Shown here: positions 29,189 through 31,027 of the stretch, piece by piece
How the letters are laid out: the number at the start of each line of letters is the position of its first letter
How positions within the stretch are numbered: the first letter of the stretch is position 1
Origin: a bacterium MnTg04
GTDB lineage: Bacteria > Pseudomonadota > Gammaproteobacteria > Steroidobacterales > MnTg04
Length of the DNA stretch: 31,027 nucleotides
Assembly (NCBI GenBank): GCA_008975185.1
Contig: BFAU01000082.1
Coordinates: 1 to 31,027 of the forward strand
Direction: 5' to 3'
Made by a program: the position numbers and the translations under genes
Notes under the pieces: model-generated
What the model was told of the DNA's origin: nothing
What the model saw: only the letters and a program-made list of their open reading frames with translations
Database searches by the model: none

Positions 29189-29902
29189 ATGAACAGGAAA
29201 ACCGCCTCTCTCATCGATAATGCTGAGCAAAAATTCGGTGACCGGATTTTACGGGTCGAATCGTCGACCGGGGAAGCGGTGTTCGAGGTCGAGCCTGAAA
29301 ATCTCCTGGATGTCTGCCAGGTTCTCCGCGATGAGGGTCCGTTTTCTTTTGACACCTTGATCGATGTCTGTGGCGTGGATTACCTGGATTACGGAAGTAT
29401 CGAATGGCAAACGAACGAAGCGACCGAGTCCGGGTTCAGCCGGGGGGTTGAAAGCAACACCGGTACGGAGCTGCGCAAGGTAAAAACCCGGTATCAGCCG
29501 CCGAGGCGGTTCGCCGTGGTTTACCACCTGTTATCGGTGGAACGAAATCACAGGCTCCGGCTTAGGGCTTTTCCGCGCGATGAGGCAACTCCGGTTATTG
29601 ATTCGGTGTACACGATCTGGAATTCCGCCGATTGGTTTGAGCGCGAGGCTTTCGACTTGTTCGGGATTTTGTTCGACGGGCATCCGGATCTGCGGCGGAT
29701 TCTCACCGATTACGGCTTCATCGGCCACCCCTTCAGGAAGGATTTTCCGCTGATCGGCAATGTCGAGGTTCGTTACGATCCCGAGCTTGGCCGGGTTGCG
29801 TACGAGCCGGTGACTATAGAGCCACGCACGCTGGTACCGAAGGTTATCCGCCATGACGACCGGTTTGCGTCGCTCCGGGAAAAAGAGCAAGGCGATGACT
29901 GA
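29189..29902 (+). CDS. nuoC: NADH-quinone oxidoreductase subunit C
   Basis: [54 protein letters not shown]. Confidence 0.96.
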   Translation: MNRKTASLIDNAEQKFGDRILRVESSTGEAVFEVEPENLLDVCQVLRDEGPFSFDTLIDVCGVDYLDYGSIEWQTNEATESGFSRGVESNTGTELRKVKTRYQPPRRFAVVYHLLSVERNHRLRLRAFPRDEATPVIDSVYTIWNSADWFEREAFDLFGILFDGHPDLRRILTDYGFIGHPFRKDFPLIGNVEVRYDPELGRVAYEPVTIEPRTLVPKVIRHDDRFASLREKEQGDD

Positions 29903-31027
29903 TCTCCATAATTTCACGCTGAATTTCGGACCGCAGCACCCGGCCGCGCATGGCGTGCTTCGCCTGGTCCTGGAAATGGATGGCGAGGTCATACTAAAGG
30001 CCGATCCGCATATCGGCCTCCTGCACCGGGCCACCGAAAAACTCGCCGAAAGCAAGCCGTACAACCAGACCATCGGTTATATGGATCGTCTGGACTATGT
30101 ATCGATGATGTGCAACGAGCACGGTTACGTACTGGCGATCGAAAAACTGATGGGCATCACGCCGCCGATACGTGCGCAATATATCCGCGTGATGTTCGAT
30201 GAAGTCACCCGCCTGCTGAATCACCTGATGTGGCTTGGGACGCACGGGCTCGATATTGGGGCGATGACCATATTCCTGTATTGCTTCCGCGAACGCGAAG
30301 ACTTGATGGATTGTTATGAAGCGGTCTCGGGTACCCGGATGCACGCGAACTACTATCGTCCCGGTGGTGTCTATCGCGATTTGCCGGAGGAAATGCCCCG
30401 TTTCTCGCGCGTTGAAAAAGTCAGAAACGCAAAAGAAGTCAAGCGTCTGAATATGAACCGCGAAGGCTCGATGCTCGATTTCCTCGATTCTTTTTGCGAC
30501 CGGTTTCCGGCTTGCGTCGATGAATACGAGACTTTGCTGACCGATAACAGGATCTGGAAGCAACGGACCGTCAACATCGGTGTTGTTACGCCTGAGCGGG
30601 CCAGGCAACTGGGATTCACCGGCCCCATGCTCAGAGGCTCGGGGGTGGAATGGGACCTGCGCAAGAAACAGCCCTACGAAGTTTACGATCGGGTCGACTT
30701 CGATATACCGGTAGGCGTCAATGGCGATTGTTACGATCGCTACTTGGTCCGGGTGGAGGAAATGCGTCAGTCCAACCAGATCATCAGGCAATGCATAGCC
30801 TGGCTGCGGGAAAATCCCGGCCCGGTCATGATCAGCGACCAAAAGGTTGTGCCGCCGACCCGCGTGGAGATGAAGGACGACATGGAATCGCTGATCCACC
30901 ATTTCAAATTGTTTACCGAGGGTTATTGCGTGCCCGAAGGTGAAGCCTACGCGGCGATCGAACATCCGAAAGGGGAGTTCGGCGTGTACCTGATTTCCGA
31001 TGGCGCGAACAAGCCGTATCGAGTCAA
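29895..31027 (+). CDS. nuoD: NADH-quinone oxidoreductase subunit D (partial, runs off the window end)
   Basis: Not in the ORF track; hand translation [23 protein letters not shown]...RLDYVS...[12 protein letters not shown]...EHPKGEFG is open to the last base. Confidence 0.97.
   Translation, partial: MTDLHNFTLNFGPQHPAAHGVLRLVLEMDGEVILKADPHIGLLHRATEKLAESKPYNQTIGYMDRLDYVSMMCNEHGYVLAIEKLMGITPPIRAQYIRVMFDEVTRLLNHLMWLGTHGLDIGAMTIFLYCFREREDLMDCYEAVSGTRMHANYYRPGGVYRDLPEEMPRFSRVEKVRNAKEVKRLNMNREGSMLDFLDSFCDRFPACVDEYETLLTDNRIWKQRTVNIGVVTPERARQLGFTGPMLRGSGVEWDLRKKQPYEVYDRVDFDIPVGVNGDCYDRYLVRVEEMRQSNQIIRQCIAWLRENPGPVMISDQKVVPPTRVEMKDDMESLIHHFKLFTEGYCVPEGEAYAAIEHPKGEFGVYLISDGANKPYRV

Overview
Almost entirely core chromosome of a GC-rich, non-enteric gammaproteobacterium (lineage inferred from gene order). 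From 3.2 kb onward it is the conserved block ssrA-smpB / NSS transporter-ratA-rnfH / bamE / fur / recN-nadK / hrcA-grpE-dnaK-dnaJ-dapB-carA-carB-greA-DUF4149 / yhbY / rlmE-ftsH-folP-glmM-tpiA-secG-tRNA-Leu-nuoABCD. The first 3.2 kb is accessory-like: a compact GpsA-like dehydrogenase (partial, absent from the ORF track), a GAF-GGDEF(degenerate)-EAL protein and a solo BrnT/BrnA toxin-antitoxin pair beside tmRNA. I found no integrase, transposase, CRISPR array or unknown multi-gene operon, so I cannot support a new protein-coding system. The best leads are non-coding: a 181-nt fold-back element with perfect 23-bp terminal inverted repeats between glmM and tpiA, a structured carA leader, two probable leaderless genes (brnT, yhbY), a 14-bp-periodic operator-like array upstream of the phosphodiesterase, and sigma32 promoters written into the ends of hrcA and grpE. 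All motif and structure calls were made by eye and no searches were run.
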